Positions 48,201 to 61,200 of a stretch of DNA of 64,000 nucleotides are shown in pieces. The DNA is from Orbicella franksi. Lineage: Eukaryota. A model generated the notes under the pieces. That model saw only the letters and a program-made list of their open reading frames with translations. It was not told where the DNA came from and searched no databases. Where the stretch lies: the NCBI GenBank assembly GCA_964199315.1, contig OZ116703.1, positions 5,766,001-5,830,000 on the forward strand, given 5' to 3'. The translations under genes and the position numbers were made by a program. The first letter of the stretch is position 1. Every line of letters begins with the position of its first letter.

Positions 48201-49289
48201 TCCTAGTTGCTGGATAGACGGACTCTTAAGTCCGTTCCTCACAAGCGACACAAGCATAAGCATAAATAAGCATGAAAGAAGCCTTTGAACTAGTGAGGAC
48301 GGCCATAAGCATAAGAATATCAAAACCTTGCGTTCTTCTTAGGCTTGTCGCGTTTATGTCCAGTGGGGACATGTTGGCATAAGCATAAACACAAGCGAAA
48401 GACTTTCAACCAATCAGCGAGCGCTTTATGGTTATGCCAGCAATGTCCTCACTGGACATAACACCGACATAAGCATAAGAACACTTATGCTTATGCTTAT
48501 GTCGCAGCCGTCCTCACTAGTGCATCAGCTTCTTATACTTATACTTGCGTCGCAGGTAAGACCAGGATTTAGTTGCTGGACTGACGGACTGCGGACTGGC
48601 GGACTGATTAAAAAAAAGATCACATCCAAGGACAACTTTCCTATTACTGTGCGTAAATGACGTACTAACTGTACTGTAAGTGTTCTAATCAGTACTACTA
48701 TAAAATTATTTTGCAGATATTTACGAAAGATGGCAAGTTTATTAAGAAGTTTGGCAAAGGAAGTATGGAGGGAGAGCGCCTCTATCAGCCTTACGGTGTC
48801 GCCTTAGACACCCAGGGTCGTATCTTTGTTGTAGACCGAGGAAATGCTCGCGTTCTTGTGTTCAATCGGGAAGGTCAAATAATATTGACATTCGGTAGTC
48901 TTGGCGACGGAAAGGGCCAGTTCAATTGCCCATCAGGCGTAGCAGTGAACAGTAAGGGTCACGTGATTATCACTGACTTCGGAAACGATCGCGTTCAGGT
49001 GTTCAGCTCGAAAGGCGAGTTCCTGTTCAAGTTCGGAAAGAGCGGAAGGGGCGACGGCGAACTCAATTGGCCCACCGGAGTAACCACGGACGCTGACGAT
49101 CACATTATCGTGAGCGACTCGTACAATCATCGGATTCAGATGTTCAACGAAGACGGCTCGTTTCTGACACGATTTGGAAACGAAGGGAACAAGAGAGGGC
49201 AGTTTAAAAGACCCGAGGGAGTTGCTGTTACGAAGCAGGGAAATATCGTTGTTGCGGACTGGGGAAATGATAGAATACAGGTTTTCTGA
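45271..49289 (+). CDS. TRIM-NHL E3 ligase (RING, two B-boxes, coiled coil, short filamin-like segment, 6 NHL repeats); TRIM71/TRIM2/3-like, about 742 aa
   Basis: Exons 45271-46528, 47420-47676, 48012-48152, 48717-49289 splice in frame (2229 nt). RING CSLC...PCLHSFCQVC...CPLC; B-boxes CSNC...CVDCGEFLC..C...H and CRIH...YYCETC...CRDC....H; six P.GVAV....IVV.D..N.RIQVF repeats. Exact orthologue not identifiable. Confidence 0.9.
48227..48571. mobile_element. MITE with (GCATAA)n / (TTATGC)n subterminal arrays, in TRIM-NHL intron 3
   Basis: Left cctcacaagcgacacaagcataagcataa versus right cttatacttgcgtcgcagg; same family as 49786-50333. Confidence 0.7.
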
Positions 49290-49785
49290 AGCTTTCAACC
49301 TGAAGGAAGCTTGCAGATGCAGACCTTGGTGTTGTGACGGTGCTCAAGCCGACAGCTTGGCTAAGTAGCCAAAATTTCTGGATAGAACGTTGTAGTTTGC
49401 TCTCCAAAGTCGTCCAAATGTGTGCAAGAAATTAAATGAATCAGTTTATCGATGCGTTTACACAAGAAAGGAAGATTTACAACATCGTACACTTTAGATA
49501 CTTGACATCGCCTGTATGGGAGTGTATTTCATTAGAGATTTCATTTCTAATAAGTAATGGTGTTATGTTCAAAGCATACTGATCGATATCTATTCAGATA
49601 ACATTGTATTTTTACAAGGGTATTGCAGTGAGGACACTCGAACCGTGAACACTTGACATTTTTTGTGCGTTTTTTTAGTGACGAAAGAATGAAGGTTCTT
49701 CATATAAACGTGGGAGCAGGCTCAACTTTGAGTCACAAGCGCGAGCGAAGCGATCCGGCGCTCACTGCTCGCGCGTGTGCTCCCC

Positions 49786-50333
49786 AAGCCCAGTCCTCAC
49801 TTGCGACGCAAGCATAAGCATAAGAATGCAAGAGGCTTATATGCGCTGATGGGGACGGCTGTGCCATACATACATGTAAGCATAAGCATGAGAATATCAA
49901 ATTATGTTTATGCTTATGTCGCTATTGTGTCCAGTATGGACATGTTGGCATCAGTGCAAGCAAAAGACTCATCTAATCAAGCCCGGGCCTCACTTGCGAC
50001 GCAAACGTAAGCATAAGCACTGGCCTAAAAGAAGCTTATGCGCTAGTGAAGACGGCCGCGACATAAGCATAAGCATAAGAATATCAAAGTATGATTTTGC
50101 TTATACTTATGTCGCTATTATGTCCGGTGAGTACTTGGTTGGCATAAGCATAAGAGAAAGACTTTCAGCCAATCAGAGAGCACTTTATGCTTATGCCAAT
50201 TCTGTCCACACTGAACCGTGGTATAACACCAGCATAAGCAAAAGCAGAAGGCTTATACTCACTTACGGCCGTCTCCACTAGCACTTAAGGTTCTTGTGCT
50301 TATGCTTGTGTCGCAAGTGAGGATCCGGCTTTA
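49786..50333. mobile_element. (GCATAA)n MITE family, two left ends (49786, about 49978) and one right end
   Basis: aagcc..g.cctcacttgcgacgcaa(gc)ataag versus cttatgcttgtgtcgcaagtgaggatccggctt. Confidence 0.7.
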
Positions 50334-52923
50334 GTGTAAAAAACGTTAATCTTTTTAAAATTATATGAAGAACCTTTATAGTTCTATAGTCACCAAAAAA
50401 ATGTAGAAAAAAGCGTCAAGTGTTCATAGCTCGAGTGACCCTATTGTGTCAAAGAGAGATATCTCCTTAAAGATTGTATTAACAGTAATATTTTTAATAA
50501 TAATATTTAGTCAGAAAGCTCCCCTCACCGCAGTGGTTTTCTGGGAGGTCCTGGAATAAATTAATTAAAATTTCTAAAATAATTATTTAATAATTATTAC
50601 TAAATATGGTAAGATACTTAAACAATAAGATATTAAACAAAAAAGGTTTACTCTCCCCACCCCACCCCCAAAAAAATCATTGAAGGTCTAAAAGTGTTAA
50701 ATAGACATCTAGTGAGTTCCAACGCTTGACATTGTTTGTGTTAGATGAGAAAAAGTCCTTTTTTATTACTTATCAATGTCTTCTAGAGGGACCTTTCGTA
50801 ATTTAAGCTTCGAGTCCTTGGAAAGCTTATACCTCTCTTCGGAGATAGAGTTTATCTTTATCTCTCTTGGGAGATAAAGTTTTACCGCTTAATCCGTCAT
50901 CAGGAAAACATGTGACTGGGTAAAGAATCGCCAACTTTTTAAGATATTAATGTCTAATGCTCCATCTAGCACTCAAAACAGTTGGCGGTAAGTTACCTTA
51001 GCATTTCATCGCTTTTCACGAGGAAACTGCATGCAGGGCGACTAAAGGAGATAACAGGGAGGAGCCAGAGCCTTCTTATCATTTTCGCGTCGTTTATAAT
51101 TTTCTCATTACAGGCGTCTGAATGGGGCCTCAGGAATCTCAGTTATGAGTTAAATTTTCCGCGATTTCTCGGCTATCAACTAACATTTCAGCCTATCTCT
51201 CATTCATCAGTAAATATTGCAAATCTCAGACCCCAGCTAACCGATAAAATGGGTGTAACATCTCAGCTGAAAGATAAAAACTTGACGCCGCAGCTACCTG
51301 TCGTTTGAGTCGACATGGTCAAAGTTAACTCTGTGGAGTAGGGTGGGGATAAGAGGGGGGCGGAAGTAAGGTGTGACTTTTTTTCTTAAATGGTTGGGAG
51401 AAGCAAATAATAATTTCAACAATTTCGATAGAATCAATTATCCTGCCCCATACTCCCATTCTCAAGCTCTCTTCTCTACGCCCCACGCATCGAGGATGCC
51501 TCCCCGTTTCGATTGGCTCGGGCGTCTCGCTAAAAAAAGCTCTAGGGTATGAATAGACAGCAGTTTTAACTCTATTCTTGTCATTAAGACACAACGACAA
51601 GTTTTAAATTTCCATTCAAATTAGAAAAAAAAATTAAACCGAATGTTGCAAAGATGTCACGATAAGTGCTCAAGCTGACAATGAATGTTTCTTTGTTTTA
51701 AGCAAGCACGCGATATTTTGTGGACAAAGGATGAGTCGGCGCTGCGCAAACACCTTGAGTTTACACCCCGACAAAGAAGAGCAGTTAAACTGCGAGGATC
51801 AAAGAGGGATCAAAGCACTATATTATAGAAATAATGTTAACTACAAAAATTTCTAGGTGTAGCAATTGACTCGCGACATTTGCCGAGCCTACAGAGTTTG
51901 AACTGAAAACCAAACAATGACCTCTTCTTCAACGTTTTTTATTTGTATCTTTTTATGTCATTTTATACTTTTTTTTTTCAGTTTTCTGTTTGTTATATAT
52001 ATTGTATTGTCGAGATCAAACACTACGATCTCCTTGTACCTTTAAATGTGTGTGTAACTTGTAGTATCATACCAACGATTGTATAAGTTGATCGAGCCCA
52101 CTGACATGAAGTATATGATGATTTCTCCGATCGATATATTTTTATTATACAGAAAATGTCTTCCCGTCAAACCAAATAGAATGTAATTTGCGAAGATGGT
52201 TCAATAACTCCACTGAGTTGTTGGAAAGACTACTGAAAAATTCTGTCTTTCTAATCAGAATAAAGGGTGAAAAAAATTAACAGCGTGGATTAAACAGCAG
52301 TAGGTGCTAGTAGGAGCTTGCGATAGTAAGCGTTATTTTTCATATCTAAGATTGAAAGGTAGAGGGTTTTTTTTGTACCACTTAGAAACACGTCATGTAG
52401 ATTATCATGCAAGAGGTTAGAATGGCTTGTAGACCTATGTATGCAAATCAGTGCACTTGGAAGTCAAACCACAACAGGTCAATTTTGGGTTTAGGCCTAG
52501 ATTTAGCCGAAGGAAATTTTATATCAAAAAATGTACTGAGATAAAGCGTTTGACGTGAATTCTCGCTGATAAGAATCAGAGCCAGAGGCACAAAGTGGCT
52601 AGACGAGCCCAAAACGTCGCCGGTTTAATGGAAGTGCACGAAATTCAATTTACATTCCCTCAATGTGATCTACATATTGGGCGTTTCAGCTTATAAATAG
52701 CTAAGTTATTTTGTTTTCAATTTGCCTCCATGGGTTAAGCTCCCAGTTTTCATCTGCGTGTGTTTCCGAGATAGACCTTTTAGAGATTAAAAATGGCTAT
52801 TGTTGCGGAGAATTCCCACAGTGTTAATTCTTGTCTTTTTCTAAATAAAAAGGTGGTCTAAAACTGAATTATGCCTGGCCTGGCCAAGCGTTTTATCCGA
52901 CATTAATTATTCATGACGAGCTC

Positions 52924-52973
52924 TGACGTCATAAATATGAATAATTGACATGGACTACGGAACAATATGGCGG
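52924..52973 (+). promoter_or_regulatory. Proximal promoter of the 53133 gene: CRE palindrome and YY1-like motif
   Basis: TGACGTCA at 52924-52931; AATATGGCGG at 52964-52973; about 160-200 bp upstream of the ATG in a CpG-rich zone. Motif matches only. Confidence 0.45.
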
Positions 52974-53132
52974 ACGGCGAACCCATTCATTCTGTTTACC
53001 CGGCATGAACTGTCGCTTTAGGATAACAATCAAAGACCTATCCTGTTTCAGAGGCGTGTGTTTTGTTTCAAGACCGCCGCTTCATAACGCAATGAAACCC
53101 TGAATCAAACTGAAGGACGGGACGGTAGAAAC

Positions 53133-54848
53133 ATGGCTTCGAATGTCGAAGCGAACTGTCGCGGGAAGAATAACAACATTGGGTCAATGCGGCATGGCCT
53201 ATCTGGTGGACCAACAAGTCTTCCGATCACAGAGGGCGAAGTTTTGATTGAGAGTGAATTTCTGGAACTCAACAGCCAGCTCCACTACTCTAAGACGGTT
53301 CATATCTTATTGACGGACGAGTTTGTTTTCGTTAAAGAGATGAGGGACCGCAGAGATTCTGAAGCGCGTGTGCTTCAGTGCGAATCTGGCAAAATTGTAA
53401 CGAAATTTCGTCGCTCAGATGTAAGCGTCAAGGTGTGCGAGGGCTGCCCGTTTACTTTCAAAGCTAGATGGAACAAGGAGACATCATTGTGGAAAACGTA
53501 CGAGCTCTGTGGGAAAGAAGAAGTCTGGCCCAAATGGCTGCGGAGTTTCAATGTCGAAGAACCTCAAGGACGGTGCATGATTCCCTCTCACAGCATTTGT
53601 GAAATAGAGTGCGACTCCGACTCCGATGATGGTAGCGATGACAATGATGGCGAAGACGTTCAAATTCCCGAATGCTCTTTTCCTCTGAGCGTCGATCGAA
53701 CGATATCCATGTGGTCGATGTCAATGCTAAACCCGAGCAATGTCCGCAGACTAGCCATTACTCAACATCACCGACCTTCGGTTTCCAGGCTTTCTAGGCT
53801 AGTGAGCAATGGTTCGAGCGACGACGCACAGGATGTTTTAAACGCAGGATCCTTGTACCGATCGAACTCGCATCCTCGCGTATCTCTCGTGAAACCTTTT
53901 CGTTGTTCTTCGTTGCCACACGTTGGTGACCTGGAGAATGTTCGAGTAGATTCTGATCTAAAAAATCACGGATGTAGAACCAGGGGTGAAACTAGCGCAG
54001 ATGACTCAAATCACGCCCTGAGCTCAGAGGCGTTACTAGAACGAGAGGATACACCAAATACAACCTTAGCAACATTGCAGCAAAGGGTTGAAAACCTGCG
54101 AGCACATCCATCCAATCTTAATTTTGTGAGAAGGGGTAAAGGGGATGACCCACCATGGGATTCCCTGGCCACGCCCAGGTACCGCCGGAAACACTCCCTT
54201 AATGTGGCCCTGACCAATGAGGCCAATAGGATACCCATGCCATCAGACTCTGGCATAAGATTAGGTGCACACACCCCACTCTTTTACAGCAAGCAGGAGC
54301 AGGCACACGAGAACAAAATGACAAGTACAGTGCACGAGACCAACACACCAGAAACTTCACTCAGTCCAAACAAAACAAGCAAACTGTTGGCAAAGAGATC
54401 TGAATCCTTGCCTACTTCTCAAAAACCTGATCTATCACATGTCACTCGTCCAATCTTGGAGAGGGGAAGCAAGGAAGGCGTAGCAAGGCAACTAGACTTC
54501 AAAGATGACATGGCCGTGGATTTGAGTGACAGCAATCAGGCACCACGCAAAGACAAGATTAAGAGATTCTGGACAATCTTGTACAAGAAGCGACCAAAGT
54601 TAAGGGTGCCAATGGCACAATGTGATGATTCAGTTAGAGAAACTGACAATGATATTAGAAGTGCTGAGAGGAGTTCCTTAAATGTCTTGGATTCGGATAC
54701 TCCAAATGGAGTAAACGTTGCAGGAAATCGCCGTTGTGGCTTTAGTGATAGTTTTTCAGCTACACATGATAAAATATCAGGGATCCCATCAAGCAAGGAT
54801 AACCACAGGACAGTGCCAAGTCAAATGCAAAGCAAGCAAGGTAGGTGA
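53133..54848 (+). CDS. Uncharacterised protein, possible divergent N-terminal PH-like domain and long disordered Ser/Arg-rich tail; 3' end uncertain
   Basis: 571-codon ORF with strong start context (aacATGG). Possible phase-1 donor CAAG|gtaggt at 54840/54841, so the ORF may be a large first exon. Confidence 0.75.
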   Translation: MASNVEANCRGKNNNIGSMRHGLSGGPTSLPITEGEVLIESEFLELNSQLHYSKTVHILLTDEFVFVKEMRDRRDSEARVLQCESGKIVTKFRRSDVSVKVCEGCPFTFKARWNKETSLWKTYELCGKEEVWPKWLRSFNVEEPQGRCMIPSHSICEIECDSDSDDGSDDNDGEDVQIPECSFPLSVDRTISMWSMSMLNPSNVRRLAITQHHRPSVSRLSRLVSNGSSDDAQDVLNAGSLYRSNSHPRVSLVKPFRCSSLPHVGDLENVRVDSDLKNHGCRTRGETSADDSNHALSSEALLEREDTPNTTLATLQQRVENLRAHPSNLNFVRRGKGDDPPWDSLATPRYRRKHSLNVALTNEANRIPMPSDSGIRLGAHTPLFYSKQEQAHENKMTSTVHETNTPETSLSPNKTSKLLAKRSESLPTSQKPDLSHVTRPILERGSKEGVARQLDFKDDMAVDLSDSNQAPRKDKIKRFWTILYKKRPKLRVPMAQCDDSVRETDNDIRSAERSSLNVLDSDTPNGVNVAGNRRCGFSDSFSATHDKISGIPSSKDNHRTVPSQMQSKQGR

Positions 54849-57800
54849 AATTATAGGTGACTGATCAAGGTGTGGATTCTCTTTACATTCTTTGTAACCA
54901 TAATTTTTGAAGCATGAGGATTGTGAGAATTAGAGGTCCTGGTCATTTCTCTAAATGCTCAAAGAACATGCTACAGAAAGTATGGTACTATGGTAATCAT
55001 GAAAATTAATATATTGGTGAAGAAAGTGAAATGTAGTCTATAGTGAAAGACTTACTTGTCTGGTGCAAAGTCATTTCTACTAGAAAGAGTTATAAACATC
55101 ATGTGATTCAAAGGAAATTATCCCCTTTGCCCAACCCCTCAACCAGCCTAGGGCCAAGTGAAAATAACTTAAGTTACAATCTGAATACTGTCCCTGTAGC
55201 TGAACTTCTTGCTTCATAAAGACTTCTCAAACTAATTTAGTAATTCATCAAGTTTAAACAAAGAAATTTTAAAATTGTCACGGTGTTTGGATACATGTAT
55301 ATGATCTTAATTAGCATACATTTTTACAGTTTTATTTCTTCCTTTCCCTCAAAATTCATCAAAAATTTGCTGCTGCATGCCATATTTTCATCTTCCCTCG
55401 GCATTTGGAAATCATTTTTTTTCTTGATACTATAGGGATTATTAGAAGATTAATATTCTTTGCAAATTAGAAGGTTGTGCTCCTGATGATTAGACAATGT
55501 CTTGTCCAACTTGTCATACAAAGTCATTGTGTATTTGAACAGCACCTTAATTAATTAAGTTAACGCTTGACTGCTTGTAACAATTTGGACTGCTAATACT
55601 TGCAGCTTTTGTTATACTTACTCTGGGTTTGCAACCCAGCTGGTCATTTCCTGTTTTTGTCAACTAACAGAGAGTAGTAGGCATCAATAAAACAATACTG
55701 TCTTTCCTACATTAGCCTGACATTCTCATGACACTGTGTCAAAATGAACCTCATTTAAATTGCAAGGAGTTGCAAAGTCATCATTGATCAGCAGTGAAAT
55801 TGTTCTTGCTTTTTTTCTGTAGATTGTCTATCATTCTACTGAGGAGAATTCGATCTTCAATCACAGTGTTCTTTCTGAGATGATGAATAAAATTTTATGA
55901 GTCCATTCCCTTGTAGTGTACATGAACCTACCTTTTGAATTTTGTTTATAAAAGAAAAGACATTTTCACATACTGTACAAGTACATGTACACACAGTCCC
56001 CACTACAGTGTGTTTGCATAAATTATGGATTGAGTCTATAAAAGATATTTGAGAAACCAAGGATGAATCACTGCTAGAGTAACTTTTTTTCAGTATACTT
56101 CCTGCAAGCTGTGTAACTTAATAGCTTTTTTTTTTCATTTGTGGACAGTGAATACCCTAGTTTTCTTGTAAGAATGTGTGTGCTAAAATTCTCAGATAAC
56201 TACAGCTGAGGTATTGATCACATGTACGAAGGGAATTCATTATATTTGATTATTGCAATAAACAAATTATTTTGATTTCTTTCTCTTCCTTACAGTATTT
56301 CTAAAAGAAATAGAAAACATTCTCCATGTCCCTATCAGGTTACATATTATAGAGTCTCTTTGTGAAAGTTCCAAGGATTTTTTTTTTTAAAAAAAAAAAG
56401 CCTTGTAAACTCTCAACTTTATATGGGTTGTGTTCAGGACTACAGAATTTCATGTTCTGCTTAACTTTAATTTTGTGTTTGCTCCTGTATATAACTTAAT
56501 GGAAACTCAAAACTATTTCTTAAATTTTATTTTCTAATGGTGCAAAGTACTTTCTCTTGCCATTAAATTTCATTTTTGTGGTTGGATAGTTACATATAAA
56601 GTATTAGTTTCATGAAATTAATTTTTTTCTTTTACACAATGAAGAAACGCTTTTTGTGACCTTGCCATTATTTGAAGTTCAATTTTTAATTTTTATTAAA
56701 AAGTTAAACTAGATACTGTTAATCGCAATGTCTGTAACTGTGAAATTTTTTTAACTTTATTGAATTCTGATGCATTAAGTTAGTTTTTAGTCACAGCTTG
56801 GTGCCAAAAGCTGTCTTTGAGTCACTCCTATAAAATATTTTACTTTCCATGTTGGAGAGACTTCAAAAATGAAAATTTTACCCTTGATAATATTATTGAT
56901 AACTTGGTGCTCATGAAAAACAAGGGAAGCTTTAACAATTTTAGGGCAAGAAGTTGTAGTAAGTCGTAAATTTTTTTTCCTTTGTGAACTAATGTCTTAC
57001 ATGTATTTTTTACATTTTTAATAATTAACTATTTTTCTAATGTATGTAGTTCCTGTTTTGCACTGATTTGTTATTTTGAAAACCACTTAGCTTACCATGA
57101 TCAATCCATGTCCTGTTTTCATTTTGTTCTGATTAAAAGCATTCTATGTTATACTTTGTAATTTATTAAATTTTGTTCATGAATATGAAGTCCTTCTTAC
57201 GGTAGTCATGTTGAAAAGACATTTTGTAGATAACACATGATTTTCTGTGACAATAGACAGTCTTGCATTTAGAAAATTGATTGCACTCTCCAGCGCACGA
57301 ATTCAAATTTATTAAATTTCTTTTACTGGAGTCATTTAATCAGGATGACTGCTCAAAAGTTTCAATCTACACCAGCTTCAAGAGTTCTGTTACCTTCTTT
57401 AAGACAGTGGCCTAGAGAGATTTAGATTTTATAACCATTTCACAACGTTTTTCAGTTTATAGCAAGGCTATGAATTTTGTTGTGGTTGTCATTGAAGTTC
57501 ACATCAAGCAAATTTGTGTTTTGACCTGGGAAAAAACCTGAAGTCATTATTTACTGTTTAAACTGGTGCACTGTACCATTATTTGTTTGAAGCTACTAGT
57601 ATTCATATGTAAATTGCTGATGCAAAATTGTTGTCTACTTTTTAGTAACAGTGTTTCATAATAATGACAGTTTCATTTTATCCCCTCCATTCATAATCTC
57701 ACTGTGCATTCTAACTGTTAATTGATGAGATCTCAGTGTGTGACCATATTCAAAAAAATGCTACCTGTACATGAATGGAGACACAATCATTTCCAATAAT

Positions 57801-60800
57801 ATGCACCACACAAGGTGGTTCAAACTTTACATGCAAGTTTGTACTGTTGTGCATAAAACGTCACTGTGTGGTTGTTCAAATGAAAGATACTGAGCCATAC
57901 TTTCATCCAGCAATGTTTGTTTTTCCAATTTTAAAGGAGCTACGTCTCGGTTTGTGCATCCTGAAAAGTTTAGCCTGAATTGGTCAAGTCCCTTGTTTGT
58001 AATCTGTGATAATCTTCTCCATCCAGCTTACTCCGTAATTTATGGTTTATTATTATCACTTTGTTATTTTTCTACATGTATCTTAGTAAAGTTCTATTTT
58101 CAGGCTTCCTAGAGGTAATTTTGTACATGGCCAAACTAATTCAAAATATTGTGACTCCTTTAAGTTTTTGCAAAATGAAGTTTGAATTTGTTTTCTTTCT
58201 GTTTTGAACTTGACACTTCTTGTACTAGGAGTGAAAGGGTCGAGTATTTGTGCGTGTAATAAGAAATTGTTGAGAGTTTTTAGTTGCTACGTTTTTGCTT
58301 TACAACATCTTTAGCTTGGTATGTGCATATCCCTTTAACTATGTACAGTTTGCTGTTGACCAATCAAAGGTGCTTGTCTGGATTTAAGTCCAAATTTACG
58401 TGACAAGATATTGGAATTTTTGACATTTCTGTCAGTACTGGAATCCCAGATGCCTCCGGGAACGTGAGAAGTCTAGGTCTGAGGGGGCTTGTCAGAATGC
58501 CAATAATGATATCTTCGGGTATCTTGTTTTGTTGTTGAGGTTTTTATCTTCTGCTGATCAACAAAGCAGGAAGCAAGAACACATTCTGGGGGTTCTTTCC
58601 TTAAAAGCACAAGTGCCAATGAAGAGAAAATATTGGCTTTACTGAAGCTATTCATCTTGTCAAAACATTGTTCCACTGATCAGACTCAGTATTAGTGTTT
58701 TATTGTGTTTCAACAAATCAAAATTGAAACCAGGTTTAACAGAAGCAAAAGCTACCCAATTCCATTGTATGGATGAACATCAGGTCAGGTGTCAGTGTGA
58801 AATCAATGCTAAATGCATTAGCAGTAATACAAATACCAATTATATTAGGTCATGACATATCTTGTGAAATAAGGACAGCTAAACCCCTCAGGTTTCAAAT
58901 ATCACACATGGAGCGGATAGCACAGGCCTTTCTCCTAACATCTAAGAGGTGAACTTTCATAATTTTCACTCCTCGACCTAGTAACTTCTGGGAATGGTGT
59001 CTTTCTTGAATCAAGACTACATTGACTTTTTGATCCTCAAAATCAAGCAGTTGGGTATTTCAAACATGTGGTGTGGATCAAAGAAGTCTTATGTCCTCAA
59101 TCGATCCTGCACAGAGCTTTCACAATCCTCAGCAAAAGAAAGGAGAGGTTCAAACCCATTCTGTTTTTCCATACCCTTGTCTTATTTTAACCTACTGGAG
59201 AATGATTTCAAAGGTGAGGAATTTCATTGTTTCCTTTCCTCTTGTACAAATGTACTACATTGTTTCCAACTGATAGTGCTATGACCATGTCCGACCATGT
59301 TTTATACAAGAATGTGCAGAGCTTTGTGACAATAGTTAAGCTGGATTGAGGGATTTGCTTGTTGTGGGGTACATGTAAATACATGAGATAATGAGAAGAG
59401 TCTTGGATTTTTTTGATCTCCAGAATCATGTTATTTCACAAGAGTCACACATGCGTATGACTGACTGTAGCTCCCTGCTGTGGCAGACTAAGCTAGAGAA
59501 CTGTAGTTTAATATCATATTGACCCATTATTTATCATGCAGTGATGTTATGTTGCCTAAAGAAATATACCAAGACAAATATTGAAGAGTTATAAATATAA
59601 AATGTTGCTCGCACACAAATCACCAACTGGTACAAATGAAGTTACCTTTCTTCAGGTTGTCTGTGTTATTGTGTAAATGTTAAATTCCTCGGTAGATGTA
59701 GATAAACGTTTATTTTCATTTATTATTTATGTTTCTTCCCAAGGGAATAAATTGAATACATTTTTCATCTACCTGAATTCAAGCTTCACTGCAGATTAGC
59801 ATCTTAGAATTTGCATCTCAGTTACTCAGTTAAGAATTTGAACTTTCTTGTGACTTTATGTGAGTGTACATCTTTGGAATTTTTAAAAATAGGTAAAACT
59901 AAGGAACAGAAATTTGACTTTTTTTACAATGATGACCCAGATTTTCTGCCAGTTGAAATGATATAACTTACTTGAGATTGGGAATCTTTTTTTTTCTATG
60001 AGGCTGTACATAGTAATATTTTGATTCATGGTCTTAAAATTTGCCACATACTGGTAGGTTTGTGTACTAACATATGTCTATTTTGGGACTTTTAGCCTTG
60101 GTGGGTCTGTACAGGTCCGAAGTCTCATATGTACAGAATATATTACTGTATAAATAAACACAGTATTCCCCGACTAATTGACAATGTTGATAGATATGTT
60201 CCATCTTTGCCTTCACCCTTGAGTGCGATTCAGTGAATTCCAAGATGTTTCAACTTAATACTGTTTGAATTTAATAGATTCAAGCTTTGTTCGTAGCAGA
60301 AAAGAAATTTGAATAGTCAACAGTAAAGATTCGATGTACTGGTAGTTCATTTGATTTGGTTGTGGGGAGATCCAAAAATCATATATGCTAATACAGGAAG
60401 TTGGAATTCCTAGCCTGGGGTTTTCCTTCCCTTAAAGCACAGCAAGCTACCATTAAATAAATCTTTCAGTTCCTTTTAGCTCTGTTTAAGTATGAGCAAG
60501 ATATAGATGGAAGTAATTTAGAAACAGTGCTTACTACTGGTCAAAACAGCTATTCAGTCCTTACTCTCTTTCATCCATGTATTTTTAATGTTATTTTTGA
60601 GAATCATGGTGTTAAAACTTAGAATGGTGACTTCTTTACTTTGGTTACCAGTGTTTGCGTGACAGCATTGATTGATAAATGTGTTATTCTTGAAGAAATT
60701 TTCATTCACATTTTGTAGTTGGAAGTTGCAGCGGTTTCTTAGAGCACACATTTTGCCAAGATTCTCATCCTTAGTTTCAGTAGTAACACTTAAGCTTGTG

Positions 60801-61200
60801 GTAAATAAAGAGCTGTAACGTTTGTGAGACTAAAAAGGAAGTCAGAGTGTGCTTGGGGTTTATTTACTGTGACCCTTTCAGCTCAAGGCAGGATTTAAAA
60901 CTTCCTCAGGGCCCCAAACATAGCAACACAACGGCTTGTTATGGAGCGTAGATGGTGGTCCGGATGGATGTGTTTATACGCTGGGATATAATTTTTTAAG
61001 ATCATTTTTTTTTTTTTGTCAAAGATGGGTAAGGTCCTGTTTAGTGTTTAGAAGATTTTTTAATTATGTCACCATTTACTCACCATAACTGCATGCATAA
61101 CAAAGAATCAATGATGAAATAAGTTGTAATGCGTTATTGTTTATCGGCTGGGAATGGGATTGTCAGAAACATGCTATGAGTTTTAAACTCATAAAATATT

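Noticed and set aside
55056-55650. Minus-strand micro-exons with GTAAGT donors (55056-55079 and 55622-55650)
   Set aside because: The second lacks a pyrimidine tract, no chain of further exons was found, and the T-skew indicates plus-strand transcription.
58473-59284. Short ORFs in the 3' T-rich region
   Set aside because: No recognisable motifs or convincing splice chain; partly overlaps a decayed repeat related to about 54915-54950.
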